A stretch of 63,705 bases of DNA, the filler included, from Octopus bimaculoides (lineage: Eukaryota), in NCBI RefSeq assembly GCF_001194135.2. It is 4 parts of 4 records of this genome, joined end to end, with 100 filler letters (N's around TTAATTAATTAA, not from the genome) between each part and the next. Parts side by side here need not be neighbours in the genome. Positions count along the whole stretch, not along the records: positions 1 to 23,081 come from NC_068981.1; 3 more parts are not named here. One strand, given 5' to 3'. This document shows, in pieces, positions 1-13,501 of this stretch. The notes under the pieces are model-generated. The model was not told where the DNA came from. It was given only the letters and a program-made list of their open reading frames with translations, and did not search any database. Both the position numbers and the translations under genes were made by a program. The first letter of the stretch is position 1; every line of letters begins with the position of its first letter.

Positions 1-3000
1 CCCGGGGTGAACCGCCCCTACCGCCCGGGGTGAACTCCCCCAGTTACGCTAGTGTTTGGCAGATTAGAAGACAAATATTTTGTTTCTATACAGTGTGTAC
101 TGATGAGTGTAAATTTTGCTGAATTTACCGCTTTTTTATGCTTCAGTGATTGGTGGTTTAATCACCATAAATCCACGAATAGGGTGTCAGGGGTGCAAGC
201 GCATCTGCTAATTTTTTTTTTTTTTTTGTGGTGGGGTATAGCAAATGCTTTGAACATCTTTGGTTGCACCTGGGTTTGCATCTCCTAGGCAAATTTCGTT
301 CCCGCACTAATGCAAGCACGGGATTGTAATGTCAATTTGTACGTGTACTGTGTAGACTTAACTTGGAAGTAGACTTAAACCGTCTCAGACTTTAACACTA
401 TAACTGGCCTTGGGTGCCTTTAGTGAGCACACTCTGTAGCAGTTTGGATAAGTATCTTCTACGATAACTTCGGATAGACCAAAGCTTTGTGTGACAAATT
501 TGGTAGACGAGAATTATATGGAAAGCCGTAAGGGGAGACTGCTCTTGTTCTTAGGTGGTAAAGTTAATCCGTTGTCTGGTTTAATACCACTATCTAGCCA
601 TTGGGTGCCTTCAGCAAATACCACTTTATCGCAAGCATTTGGGTCAGGCTTTTGGTCTGAGAATTACTTCTCATTAAGTTCGGAAATCCTGAAAAGTTAT
701 GGAAGCTGACCTCCCTCCTACGATTAAGTAAAGCAAAAAAAAAGGGAGAGTATATGAACCAGGTTTTGGATCCTACCGTCTTACGACGAATCTCAGAGAC
801 CCGGCAAAAGGTTATGAATGTTGCTTTCTCTCCACTGACTTAGTCATATAAAAAACGTATATGCAAAATAATATATTATTAGCTACCTTATAGAACTACG
901 AAATTTTAAAGTCAAAGTCATGTTATCATAACTGATACGCTTCCCTACATTTTTCGTCAGTTTTATATGATAGATGTATGCTTTTGAAATTCAACTTTCT
1001 ACTGCAGTAAATTTTACCCTCCGCCTCTTTGTAATCGAGATAAAAGTGGACACGATTTAATCAATAATTAGTAGTCCACCTCACGAAAGAGGATCTTGTC
1101 GAAAATAATCATTTAATTTTCTGTCATAATGTCAAACGGCATTTCAATTGTCAAAATGTCAAAATGCATTTCAATTAAGATGTTTTAAAAACATTTAGTA
1201 TGAAATGCTAATTACTTCCTAAAATTCCGAGTTGCGTAATAATAAGGCAATTACATGGTAAATACCCTATAAAGACCAGCAATTCTGCTATTGATACAAA
1301 TATGACCCTTCAGTCGCTGGTTGCATCTGGACTTAAATCATTATAGCAGCTCAGGATCTTTAAAATGGTGCTAATACTCCCTGCCGTTTTTATAAGTATA
1401 ACCAGAGAAAAAATTGATCACCCCCATCTCTAGCTGTTCTATTTTGGCCTCAACTGGGTATGCTAGTCATTATGATGGACTTGGTTAATATTAGCGGTGG
1501 GTCATATGCCGTCAGAGTAGACGATGTGGTAGAAAATTAAGACATCATTCTTTTCACACTTTCGTATTCAAACTGATCAAGCTATCCAGGTCAATTGAGT
1601 AGATACTGTGGTAACAGATCACGTTGACAAAACGTGTTTGCTCACAAATATGGGAATCCCAGGAGACTGCAAACCTCTGTGAAAACGTTTTGAAGAGTGA
1701 AGAAAAACGAAGGACTTGAAATAGCGGTCTCGATAATGTGGTATCTAAGTACAGAGCTTTGGAGATAATATTAGAATTAAATGGAGCTCTTAAATACTAA
1801 GTTCAAATACAAGGACATCCATAAGTATCAGATCTATAAAAAAATTGTTCCCATGGGTACAACCTACATCTTAAGAAAAGCGCTGTCCATCTGAGAATAA
1901 TTCAATCTTTTAAAGTCTTTCAAACTCGCAAATATTGCGGCAAACTTCTCACGAAATCTCATTTCTCAGCATTTGGTTTTCTTTCCCTGAAATATATCAT
2001 TGTTGCTCATAAATAATACTCACAGCAAAAAGGTCTAACATGTTGTTTCTTAAGGTTTTTGTGTAAGACTTGGAACAGCATGTATAAAACAAAACAACAA
2101 CAACGAAAGCATAATAATATATAAAATAAATATATAGATTAAGTACAAAATGGCAAAACTAAAATTGATACGAGGTTGGAGTTAAATACAAACAGAAGAT
2201 TTAGATATAAGCATGTTTTTCTATGGCAAAATGGATTTTGAACAAGAAACTGCGTACAATTGCATGCAGTTAATGATAATAAATGGTTATTATGAAGAAA
2301 TAACTGGAAAAAAACTTACATAAATGTGATCCAACAAATTATAGAAACGAAAAACATAGAAACCTGCTACTAGAACAACGAGATAAAAAAAAAAACAGCA
2401 GCCTGAATGTGAACAAGAATCTGAATTGCGAGAAATACAATATTTATTTAACAAATTGGAATTAAAAAACAGAACGTAGTGAACTTGGCAGAAGTATTTC
2501 TGTCTAGTTGCTATGGAGTTTTTATAAGGTAAACAAAATTAATAATACTTTGGTTGTATCTATACTTATTATGTTAGTAATAGTGAGAGAAAAGATCTTG
2601 CGCTATCACCATGACAACATTTGGTACGAAATTATGAATTTATCGGCTTGTTAAAAGATTTTAAGCATGTGTGCTTCTATATATGTATGTATTAACGTAT
2701 GAATACACACACACACACACACACAGAGGGAGAGAGATGAGCATCTCTTAGGATTAAGACTGCATTCACAAATCATTTATCATACTTCACGGGATTCTGA
2801 CGCTCTATAACAGAGTCCCTATAGAGATATATTTATATATAATGTATGTATGTATGTATGTATGTATGTATGTATGTATGTATGTATGTATGTATGTTTC
2901 TGTATGCATATACATTAGTAAATAAATAGCAAAAGAACATTGTGTAATCACATTCATTGGCTTACAGTTGTTTCCGCTATAGAGAGCTGTGCACTCAGGT

Positions 3001-3940
3001 AATTGATGGCGTAACATCTAATAGCTTTATCAGAACTATAATTTGCATTGTCACACCATCTCTCACATCCGAATGCACAGTTCCTTATAGCAGAAACGGC
3101 TCTAAGCCAATAAATGTGATTACGTAGCTCTTGAAATTTTTGTCGTTTACTTACTAATTTCTAAATGATTTCCGTCTGCTGCATTTCATCCACGTAGCTT
3201 TGATCGGCCCGAAGTTATGGTTTATTGCAACCGGAGACTATACATATATACCTGCAAACTGTTGTAGATTTGCAATCAAATTCTGTCAAAATGTGTTCAA
3301 GGGTATTCGGTGATGTTTTCATACGAAAACCGATTGCATATGCCCCTCTGATGAAACTTAATCTATCTTTTGACTTACATCCAATCATACAATCATTGAA
3401 GAACAACTAATTCTTGATTTGCTATACGAAATATTCGGTTTCGTAACATCAGCAATACGACTCTTCCCCAGAGATTTATGGGATACATATGATTGCCATA
3501 GCATATCCTCAAGTATTGCGTTTATTATATACGAATTGGTAGAATCGCTAGAGTTCCTTGCAGTATCTTTTCCAACACTTTACGTTCAGAGTTCAAATTC
3601 TAAGGGTGTCGATAAAATAAAATACTAGTCTAAGGCAGAAAATTGGTGAAATTGTTAGCGTGTCGGGAAAAATAGCCTGTTATATTTGTTCTAACTTTTT
3701 ATGTTCTGAGTTCGAATCCTGCCGATGTCCATTTCGCCTTTTGTCCTTCAGGCATCGATAAAATAAAGCACCAGCCGAAGTATTAGGTTGCAGCCCTCAA
3801 TCTCTCCTAGTATTATGTTTTTAAGATTCAGTTGGGGGAAAGAGTGCGAAAGAAGGTGTCAGTGTCGGTTTGGAATACCAAAGATACTTAAAACAAGAGC
3901 GAAGTCATAGTACGATTACGAGTGACAGCCGAGTTTATAA

Positions 3941-3971
<31 letters not shown>

Positions 3972-4037
3972 ATATGTAATGAACAGCAACAGAATAGCTA
4001 AACGCTGTTAATTTTATATTGCAATGACTAATATCGC

Positions 4038-4250
4038 TTTCAAATTTTGACACAAGGCCAGCAATTTCGGCGTAAGAATAGGTCGATAGGATCAACATTA
4101 GTGCTCAACTGGTACTTATTTTAATGACCCCGAAAAGAGGAAAGGCAAAGTCGACTTCGGCGGAATTTGAACTCAGAACGTAAAGACGGACGAAATGCCG
4201 GTAAGTATTTTGCCCGGTGTGCTAACGATTCTGCCAGTTTGTCCCCCGCC
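4038..4250 (-). mobile_element. tRNA-derived SINE, family B (full length)
   Basis: Reverse complement has the head ggcgg...ctggcagaatcgttagc, a B-box-like gagttcaaattcc, the core gtcgactttgcctt..ggggtc..taaaataagtaccagttgagcact and the tail ggccttgtgtcaaaatttgaaa. The same motifs recur in many copies in the window. Confidence 0.85.
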
Positions 4251-4323
4251 TGCTGACCAGAAAAAAACATCCCATCGAAGTCTATTAAGATCTCCGTCGA
4301 CAGTATTTCTTCTGTCTTCATCT

Positions 4324-4418
4324 CCAGTATGAGGATGAATTCTAAACGAATTTATTTGTGTTTAATAAACATATGTTCAGTTTCGCTGTGTAAAAAGAAC
4401 TTCTCTTAAACTAAACAA

Positions 4419-4490
<72 letters not shown>

Positions 4491-4737
4491 TCTATAGCTT
4501 TTCCTTAGAGATTTGTTGCATGCAAATCTTCTTTTAAATGCCTTAACATGTCTAATAGAATTGCACACATACACACACACACACACATGCACACACCCAT
4601 ATCCATATGAGATGATGCTTAAAACATCTAGCTACACAAGCACACACACACACACAAACGCGCGCGCACACAAACACGGTATTTAAGAGCTCAGTTAATA
4701 ATACATACATACGCCCACACTACTGCCGATTTCCCGA
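4324..4737. repeat. ~410 bp direct repeat, copy 1 (contains (CT)n and (CA)n tracts)
   Basis: Starts ccagtatgaggatgaattctaaacg and ends cactactgccgatttcccga; aligns to 6084-6478. Confidence 0.95.
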
Positions 4738-5349
4738 ACAACGAGGATCATCACCGGTGACGTGAGTTGGGTCTACGGGTACGACCCTGAAACGAAACAG
4801 CAGTTGTCACAATGGAAGAGGCCTTCATCTCCACGACCGAAGAAGACACGACAGAACCGCAGTTCAATCAAGTGCATGCTCATCGTTTTTTCACGATATC
4901 CACGTTATTGTGCATCGAGAATTCGTCCCCCGTGGCCAAACCGTCAATCGAGAGTTCTACTGTGACGTTTTGAAGCGTTTGAGGGAGGACATTCAGAGAA
5001 AGCGACCGGATCTGTGGAGCATGAAGAATTGAAGTCGTCACGTCGACAATGCACTCTGTCACCGAGCTCTCCTCACTCGTGAGTTTTTCATCAAAACCAA
5101 CACAGTATCGCTTCTGCACCCGCCCTATTCGATAGATTTAGCACCTGAAGACTTCCATCTCTTTCCCAAGATGAAAAGGTTGCTCAAAGGTCGCCATTGT
5201 CGAGATCCAGAGCGAATCGCAGAAGGCCCTCGACTCACTTACGGAAAACGACTTCCGGGCCGGGTTCCAAAAGTAACAGGAACGCTGGGACTGGTGTATT
5301 GCTGCGCAAGGTGACTATTCTGAAGGAGATGATGTTAAAACTTGGTTAA
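4738..5349 (+). mobile_element. Decayed mariner (DD34D) transposase, catalytic C-terminal half
   Basis: Translation across frameshifts: RIITGDVSWVYGYDPETKQQLSQWK..PRPKK; VHREFVPRGQTVNREFYCDVLKRLRE..RKRPDLW; HVDNA; HPPYSIDLAPEDFHLFPKMK; RWDWCIAAQGDYSEG. Contains internal stops. Confidence 0.92.
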
Positions 5350-5350
5350 A

Positions 5351-5980
5351 TACTCTCTTTTACTCTTTTACTTGTTTCAGTCATTTGACTGTTGTCATGC
5401 TGGAGCACCGCCTTTAGTCAAGCAAATCGACCCCAGGAGTTATTCTTTGTAAGCCTAGTACTTATTCTATCGGTCTCTTTTGCCGAACCGCTAAGTTACG
5501 GGGATGTAAACACACCGCCATCGATTGTCAAGCGATGTTGGGGGGGGGGGGGACAAACACAGACACACAAACATATACACACACATACATATAAATATAT
5601 ATACATATATACTACAGGCTTCTTTCAGTTTCCGTCTACCAAATCCACTCACAAGGCTTTGGTCAGCCCGAGGTTATAGTAGAAGACACTTGCCCAAGGT
5701 GCCACGCAGTGGGAATGAACTCGGAACCATGTGGTTGGTAAGCAANNNNNNNNNNGGGGGGGGGGGGACAAACACAGACACACAAACATATACACACACA
5801 TACATATAAATATATATACATATATACTACAGGCTTCTTTCAGTTTCCGTCTACCAAATCCACTCACAAGGCTTTGGTCAGCCCGAGGTTATAGTAGAAG
5901 ACACTTGCCCAAGGTGCCACGCAGTGGGAATGAACTCGGAACCATGTGGTTGGTAAGCAAGTGACTTACCACACAGCCAC
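5351..5980 (-). mobile_element. tRNA-derived SINE, family A (head duplicated across a 10-N gap)
   Basis: Reverse complement: gtggctgtgtggtaag..ggttccgagttcattcccactgcgtggcaccttgggcaagtgtcttc.., central TA/TG microsatellite, tail aaggcggtgctccagcatgacaacagtcaaatgactgaaacaagtaaaagag. Confidence 0.88.
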
Positions 5981-6083
5981 AGGAATGTTTCGATACCATT
6001 TCGTACGTTTCAAAGATGGAATGAGTAACAAACTCAATACATTCGTTGGTAAAGCATATTAATTAACTAAAATACAGACACAG

Positions 6084-6327
6084 CCAGTATGAGGATGAAT
6101 TCTAAACGAATTTATTTTGTGTTTAATAAACATATGTTCAGTTTCGTTGTCTAAAAAGAACTTCTTTTAAACTAAACGGCTCTCTCTTTCTCTCTGCTCT
6201 ATAGCTTTTCCTTAGAGATTTGTTGCATGCAAATCTTCTTTTAAATGCCTTAGCATATCTCGTAGTATTGCACACACACACACACACACACCCATATCCA
6301 TATGAGATTATGCTTAAAACATCTAGC

Positions 6328-6413
<86 letters not shown>

Positions 6414-6478
6414 AACACGGTATTTAAGAGCTCAGTTAATAATACATACATACGCCCACACTACTGTCGATTTCCCGA
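6084..6478. repeat. ~400 bp direct repeat, copy 2
   Basis: Colinear with 4324-4737; differs by point changes and microsatellite lengths. Confidence 0.95.
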
Positions 6479-6563
6479 CAACTAATGATTCGGTATTTCT
6501 TTTAATGGGGACATAATTGTGCAAGGACACTAACTTTCTCGAAGTAACTTGTCCGCTATCACT

Positions 6564-6708
6564 TTCTGAGTTCAAATTCCACCGAGGTCGACTTTGCCTT
6601 TCATCCTTTCGGGGTCGATAAACTAAGTACCAGTTGCGTACTGGAGCGATCTAATCGACTAGCCCCCTCCCCCAAAATTTCGGGCCTTGTGCCTTGAGTC
6701 GAAAAGAA
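6564..6708 (+). mobile_element. SINE family B, 5'-truncated, CpG-intact
   Basis: ttctgagttcaaattccaccgaggtcgactttgcctttcatcctttcggggtcgataaactaagtaccagttg...ggccttgtgccttgagtcgaaaagaa. Confidence 0.88.
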
Positions 6709-7017
6709 CTTTTCCGCTATCAAACCTTCACGTTATACATTTGTTTATTCACCAGTAACATAACGTGAATGTGGAAACACTCTCCCTACAGCTAACTATA
6801 ATAAACAAATGCTAACCCTCTAGGGACCCTCTTTCTGTGAAGAGCAAGACATTTGATAACAGTTTTCCAGCGTAGAATTACAGTGTCCCAACATGAAAGA
6901 TGAAAAGATAAATATACACCCTTTTCTAGAGAGGTGGGGGACGGTGGGAGCCCATTAGTTAGGAGATTAGCGGGAGGTAAAATATTTTGTTTTAAATATT
7001 TGTACCTTCATGTTGTG

Positions 7018-7169
7018 AAAGCGCATAGTTTAGTGGTTAGAGCGTCGATCTCACAATGATGAGTTGTTAGTTGGATTCCCGGACTGGGATGTGTGTTGTG
7101 TTCTTGATCAAGACACTTTATTTCACGTTTCTCCAGCTCACTCAGCTGCAGAGAATTCCAACGTCACTG
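7018..7169 (+). mobile_element. tRNA-derived SINE, family C, head (runs into gap)
   Basis: A-box-like tagtttagtggttagagc, then gtgtgttgtgttcttgatcaagacactttatttcac..ctccagctcactcagctg, shared with 8545-8790 on the - strand. Confidence 0.7.
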
Positions 7170-7958
7170 NNNNNNNNNNNNNNNNNNNNNNNNNNNNNNN
7201 NNNNNNNNNNNNNNNNNNNNNNNNNNNNNNNNNNNNNNNNNNNNNNNNNNNNNNNNNNNNNNNNNNNNNNNNNNNNNNNNNNNNNNNNNNNNNNNNNNNN
7301 NNNNNNNNNNNNNNNNNNNNNNNNNNNNNNNNNNNNNNNNNNNNNNNNNNNNNNNNNNNNNNNNNNNNNNNNNNNNNNNNNNNNNNNNNNNNNNNNNNNN
7401 NNNNNNNNNNNNNNNNNNNNNNNNNNNNNNNNNNNNNNNNNNNNNNNNNNNNNNNNNNNNNNNNNNNNNNNNNNNNNNNNNNNNNNNNNNNNNNNNNNNN
7501 NNNNNNNNNNNNNNNNNNNNNNNNNNNNNNNNNNNNNNNNNNNNNNNNNNNNNNNNNNNNNNNNNNNNNNNNNNNNNNNNNNNNNNNNNNNNNNNNNNNN
7601 NNNNNNNNNNNNNNNNNNNNNNNNNNNNNNNNNNNNNNNNNNNNNNNNNNNNNNNNNNNNNNNNNNNNNNNNNNNNNNNNNNNNNNNNNNNNNNNNNNNN
7701 NNNNNNNNNNNNNNNNNNNNNNNNNNNNNNNNNNNNNNNNNNNNNNNNNNNNNNNNNNNNNNNNNNNNNNNNNNNNNNNNNNNNNNNNNNNNNNNNNNNN
7801 NNNNNNNNNNNNNNNNNNNNNNNNNNNNNNNNNNNNNNNNNNNNNNNNNNNNNNNNNNNNNNNNNNNNNNNNNNNNNNNNNNNNNNNNNNNNNNNNNNNN
7901 NNNNNNNNNNNNNNNNNNNNNNNNNNNNNNNNNNNNNNNNNNNNNNNNNNNNNNNNNN

Positions 7959-8095
7959 GTAGGATCTCTAGGAATGATAAAAAAGGGTACTGAAACCTAT
8001 TTGAAAATGATACCAGGCTTACCATCCCTACAGGAAGTGCAAAAATCGTGTTAACTGGAACGACTCATGTACTGAGAAGAGCATTATCGCTGTGA
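7959..8095 (+). mobile_element. R4/Dong-type LINE, extreme 3' coding end
   Basis: VGSLGMIKKGTETYLKMIPGLPSLQEVQK-IVLTGTTHVLRRALSL*; same family as 15752-16250. Confidence 0.8.
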
Positions 8096-8271
8096 AAACA
8101 ACACCCATTCATGATTTTATTTATTTATTAATTTTTTTAAATACATATTTTACCTGTGAATTTGCGTGTGTAATCTGGGAATGCGTACAATGAGCTTCTC
8201 TGCCCTAGGTGTACGGAAAACACTCGGCGAGAAATGGAAGAAAATTTGAAGAAGAAAAAAGACAATAATTA

Positions 8272-8790
8272 TTGTTTCAAATTTTGGTACAAGGCCAGCG
8301 AGCTCAGATGGAGGAGGCAAGTCGATTACATCGATCCCAATGCTCAACTGGCACTTATTTTATCGACCCACCAACTGGTGTTGGTGTGTGTTTACGTCCT
8401 CATAACTTAGCGGTTTGGCAAACGACCGATAGAATAAGTACCAGGTTTTAAAAAGACAATACTTGGACTAAAATTCTTCAAGGCGGTGCCCCAGGATAGC
8501 CAGAGTCTAATAGCTGAAACAAGTAACGGTAAATAAAAAAAAAACCCTTCGGTCATGAATGTACCTAGAGAGTTCCCTTCCGAGGAACAAGTTCGTGAAA
8601 GGTTGCTTATAGAAGACCAGCAGTTGCCCATGCAAACCAAGCCGATGTTATCTAAGGGAAAGGCCGATATAGCTTGGCACCAATAACATCGCAATTTGTT
8701 TCTACAGTTGAGTGAACTGGAGCAACATGAAATAAAGTGTCTTGCACAAGAACACAACACACAGCTCGGTTCAGGAATCACACTCCTTCG
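8272..8790. mobile_element. Cluster of SINE fragments: B (-, 8272-8369), A 3' half (+, 8371-8540), C (-, 8545-8790)
   Basis: Motif matches to the other copies in this window. Confidence 0.75.
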
Positions 8791-9236
8791 AAACACGCGC
8801 TTTCACGAGCAGAAGCAACTAAACTGTAAAATATAAGGATATGTATGTACACATCAGCAAGCGAACACACATACATGCACACACGCATGCACGCACGCAC
8901 GCACGCACACACGCACGCACACTAATCAACACTCCTACGTTGGTGAATGACAATTCATGCACTAAACTACCTTGTTGTATCACTGTCAATAAATACCTCT
9001 AAATGAGCATTTATGTAATCTTGCTTAACATTTCGCCAATTTTTTGAGAGATGATAGAAATCACCAACGGATTGGTAGGAGCATAACAAAGAGGAGTTTC
9101 TACTTGCGAAATCCACACACACACACTTGACCTGACTTTAATACACTACGAAGTTTATTTAAAGGTCAGCCAAGAAGTTGTTTACAACAAACCGTTTCTT
9201 TGAATGCGTTTGCTCCTCAGTTTCGCTGAACAATGC

Positions 9237-9306
<70 letters not shown>

Positions 9307-9608
9307 GCGCGCGCGCGCGTGCTGAAAAGGTTAAGAGATTTCGCACGATTAAACTTATAATAGAAAAGAGGAGAAAACAGAAAATGTTTTAAGAACTGTA
9401 TACTTACAGCAACATGTGAACTTCCAGAACTGATATCAGGGAAGATTAGTCTAATTTAATTTATTTCAATTTATTTTCTCCTTTTCTTTATTTCACCATG
9501 ACTAAATCGTCTTTTTAAAGCGATTAAAACCGGTAGCATAAAAATGTAAATACTTTTTTACTTTTATTTTATGTATGATAAAGTTCTGAAAGCATTTTCT
9601 TCTTTTTG

Positions 9609-9639
<31 letters not shown>

Positions 9640-9671
9640 CATACATACATACATACAAACATACATACATA

Positions 9672-9953
9672 CTGTAGCGGACTGGCCAGGTTGCCAGGTT
9701 ACCCGATGGTAAGTGAGCCTCTGCGCCATTAGAATCCATATATGGGGGCCCATGTTAGTATCTAATTATTTCAGCCTGGCTGTATTTGTAGACAGTTGAA
9801 AAGAATACTTTTAACCAAAACAAAGAAAAATTAAATGATAGCATTGTAGTTGCGAGTGGGTCTCCTTGTAGTTGCGGGTGGGCCCCCTTGTAATTACAGG
9901 AGGGCCCCCTTAGTCTCCTGGCAACCAATATTTTTAGACCCAGTCCGCCACTG
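9672..9953. mobile_element. hAT-like MITE inserted in a (TACA)n microsatellite
   Basis: 14-bp imperfect TIRs ctgtagcggactgg / ccagtccgccactg, flanked by 8-bp catacata (9664-9671 and 9954-9961). An 8-bp TSD is typical of hAT. Confidence 0.7.
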
Positions 9954-11122
9954 CATACATACACACATACATACATAATATACATAACATACATACGTAC
10001 TTACGTCCATACATACGTACATACGCGCGCACACGTGTATGTGTGTGATTAGATGTATGCAGATGGAGGGATATCTAGCCTTTGGAATCCCTTTAAATAC
10101 ACATAGTTACGAATTTATAGGTCAGTATTGTATTTATGTATACAGGTATGTAATTTAATGTTGCTGTAAATATTAGTCTGTAATCTTTTTTAAAAATCAT
10201 ATGATGTAAAGAATATAAAAATCAAAAAGATGTTTTTAAAAAGAACGCTGCTATCGAATATGGCTCTTGTCTATTTCGATTCAGATGGTTGTGCCGAACG
10301 CAATTTTTGAAATGAAATATACCTTCAAGATATCAGCAATCCTTCCGAATTTGAACTCATTGTAATTACTGCAAATGTTCTTTAAGTAATGAAAGACAAG
10401 GAAGGCATTTTGAGACGAAATCCAAGTCGCGTTCATTACGAAATTGAATCTCGTGTAAACTGCATTAATGATTCACTCAAGAAAGCTTTTGCAACGAAAC
10501 TGTTTAAGTGAATGAGTGGGTTACATAATTTTCAAATTTCCATCATCATCACTATCACTTTCTTTCCCTCTATGTCTCTCTCTCTCTCTCTCTCTCTCTC
10601 AACGTCTCTTTATGTTTATATAAATGGTTCGTTGATTCTATCTATTCCATTATAAGAGAGAGAGAGAGAATGAAAAGAGAGAAAACCGGAGGAATATGAA
10701 AAAGAGACTGTAAGAAGAAAATTCACTTTGATGTGTCCCCTACATTCTCGATATCTTTCTATTTGACTATTCCAGAGAGGCACAAAGAGCAACAAATATT
10801 GTCATTACTACTCCATTTCAGCTTTCTGTCGCAGGTCTTACATCGGAGTTTCATTCTCCTACAGAGATGCCTAAACAAAGACAAAGAGTCTCTCATTTTC
10901 AGCTGTTTGATGGTCGTTGAGTCTATTGAACTCATTCTCCCTTTGTCGTGTTTTGTTTATCGTCCAACTTGCTGTCCAACGAAAACCACCCTCGTTATTG
11001 AGCAGGCTTAGTAGGGCTTAGTCGCCGACAGCCCGACCATTCAACAGGCTATTCTGAGTTGCATGTCACCAGTAGCACTAAGGTAAAGTGACATACACAT
11101 ACACATACGGTATTATCTACCG

Positions 11123-11535
11123 ATGAGACATGATGTTGTAGCTAAAACACTGTATAATGAGATCCGTTTGAGGAATAACCCTGAGGCGAAAGAAATAAGA
11201 ACCCACGGTATGGTAGAAGCCATAACCGCTCATAATAAGAAGGAGTACTGGTGGAATGTCCCGGTGAAAACCTCAATAAAATGTAATCATAATAGACCTG
11301 ACATGGTGATTTGGGATAGACAAGAGAAACTGTGTACAATTGTGGAAATCAGCTGTGCAGTGGATGTTAACATAAAACTAAAGATGTGCAAAAAAGAAAA
11401 TACCTATGCTGAACTATTGGGAACTCTACAGTTACTCTACCCAGATTACAAGTTCAGGTTTATACCTGCAATTATTGGGTTACTGGGATATGTAACACAC
11501 CGCCCAAGTACTAATCTTGAGAAATTAAGCTTCTC
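11123..11535 (+). mobile_element. Non-LTR retrotransposon restriction-like endonuclease fragment (R4/Dong-like, R2 group)
   Basis: RHDVV...HNRPDMVIWDRQEKLCTIVEISCAVD..K..KENTYAEL...FIPAIIGLLG fits the PD..(D/E)xK-type REL domain. Confidence 0.8.
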
Positions 11536-12316
11536 AGGCGAGATTACAATTTAGTTTTCTTTATCTTTAATTAATCTATTTGAAAAGAAATTGCTTTACA
11601 ATTATTTTTGCGACTGATCAATAAACAAATCATTGCCCAAATTGCTAATTTATTCAGATATACAAATTCCTTCATTTAACCACTGAGTTTCTCGCAGTTA
11701 AAATAGCGTTATAGCAGTAGCCAGACTAGATTACAATTAACTCCCTTTATATCAACTAATTAAAAGTCTCGCTCTTTTTAACTACATAAAAATGAATTTA
11801 AAATTTTATGTTGCATAGGGGTTAAGGATAGGAATGATATCCCGTTCTAAAAAATTATCTGAATGAAAAACAAGCAAAGACAACGTAGAAAAAAGGAGAC
11901 TCTTCAGTCATAACAGGACTACCTCTCTAGTACTGGTGGCTCGATAAAATACCCACACTCCTATAAAACAATAGATTATAAGAAGAGCATCTACTTGTAA
12001 AAGCCATGCCAAAAATAATGGCAAAGCAGCAGTGGTTTGCTCTTTTTTTTTTGCACCGTGTACCAGATGATGTAGGTCCATGACAGGTAGCTTAACGCTG
12101 TGAGACTTGTCCAACCCTTGCTAGCTTAGGTGTCAAAATATTGGTGATGATGATGATAAATGGTAGTAAATATTCATGTGTATGTACATGTATGTTATCA
12201 AAATGAGGTTTTCGAATTTCTTTTATTATAGAAGATTCAAGTTTTCACTTCAATCACGAAATAGTTTGTATCCACTTCGATCAATCACAAAACTAATTTT
12301 TATCCACTGTAATATA

Positions 12317-12360
<44 letters not shown>

Positions 12361-13456
12361 TCTCTTTCTTTCTTTCTTTCTTTCTTCCTTTCTTTCTTTC
12401 TTCTTTTCTTTCTGTCTCTCCTCCCTCTCTCTCCCGTCTCTATTCAATTGTTTTCATTAAAAGCAATTGATTACAAAGTTTTTCTTTCAAACAGTTTGAC
12501 AATATTTGTGAAAATTTTTACACAATATCTATTTATCACATCAAAATTACTTACGATTTTTCATTTCAAGTTTTGTTTCTTTATTTGCAACGCTGTCTAT
12601 CTCTTTGTTTCTTTCTTTCTTTCTTTCTTTCTCTCTCTCTCTCTCTCTCTCTCTTTCTCACTCACTCACCCTCATTATTTCTTTCGCTCTCCTATATATA
12701 TATACTTTGCGAATATTTATGAAACTTTTTATATAATATATATTTATCATATCAAAATTACTTAGAATTATTTACTTATCTTACCAAATTTCCAGTTTTA
12801 TTTCCTTATACACAAATGCGAAAACCATGGTCATTTGATTAATGAAAACCTTGGATTACTTTCTGTGTCTAAATCGATATTGCGCTTATTGTCAGGCAAT
12901 ATGTTGATATCGTTTAACATATAAATCACAATGCAATAATACAATTCACATACTTCGATATTTGTTTCCTCACTAAAATTTTTCGGTTCAACATGAATCG
13001 TCCAAAACAAATATGAAAATATGCGATTAAAACAAAACGGTTGGCAGCAAAGGCACAACAGCAAAGAGATAGAAGGGTAAGTGAATCAGTGGTAAACAGG
13101 GCAAAACAACTGAAGCAAGCGTTAAAATGCTCGTAGGCGTAGAAAATATGATTGTTTCTGCTACACATGAGAGACTGACTAGGGTGTCTGAAGAAGAGAA
13201 TAATCTATTTCAAAACAATGCACCGAGCCAGCTTTCACAGTCTGTGAATATTCAGGTGCCAATTAATAATAATCAACATCAAATGGACAGGATGTGCAGA
13301 CAAATATCTCATGCAAATAGAATAATATACATTTGTGAAGAAATAAATTATTTTTGGCACATTTCAAGTAATGTAAGATGAATGATAACTGTGAGAAAAC
13401 GACATTCAAAAATTATTTCATTGCATAACCAGGTTAAAATATATTCGTGTGTGTAG

Positions 13457-13498
<42 letters not shown>

Positions 13499-13501
<3 letters not shown>

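Noticed and set aside
1868-2068. Two - strand exons (2024-2068 and 1868-1986)
   Set aside because: They would need a 37-nt intron, too short to be credible, and no protein was recognised.
3215-3628. Short ORFs as a host gene or LINE remnant
   Set aside because: No recognisable motifs or consistent splice signals.
5541-5960. Tandem duplication of the SINE A head
   Set aside because: The two copies appear identical and are separated by a 10-N gap; most likely an unmerged contig overlap.
10960-11095. HDV-like ribozyme upstream of the REL fragment
   Set aside because: I could not build the nested double pseudoknot (no valid P3/L3).
12985-13380. Helitron or transposase N-terminal remnant (RLAAKAQQQRDRR)
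   Set aside because: Low-complexity similarity only, with multiple stops.
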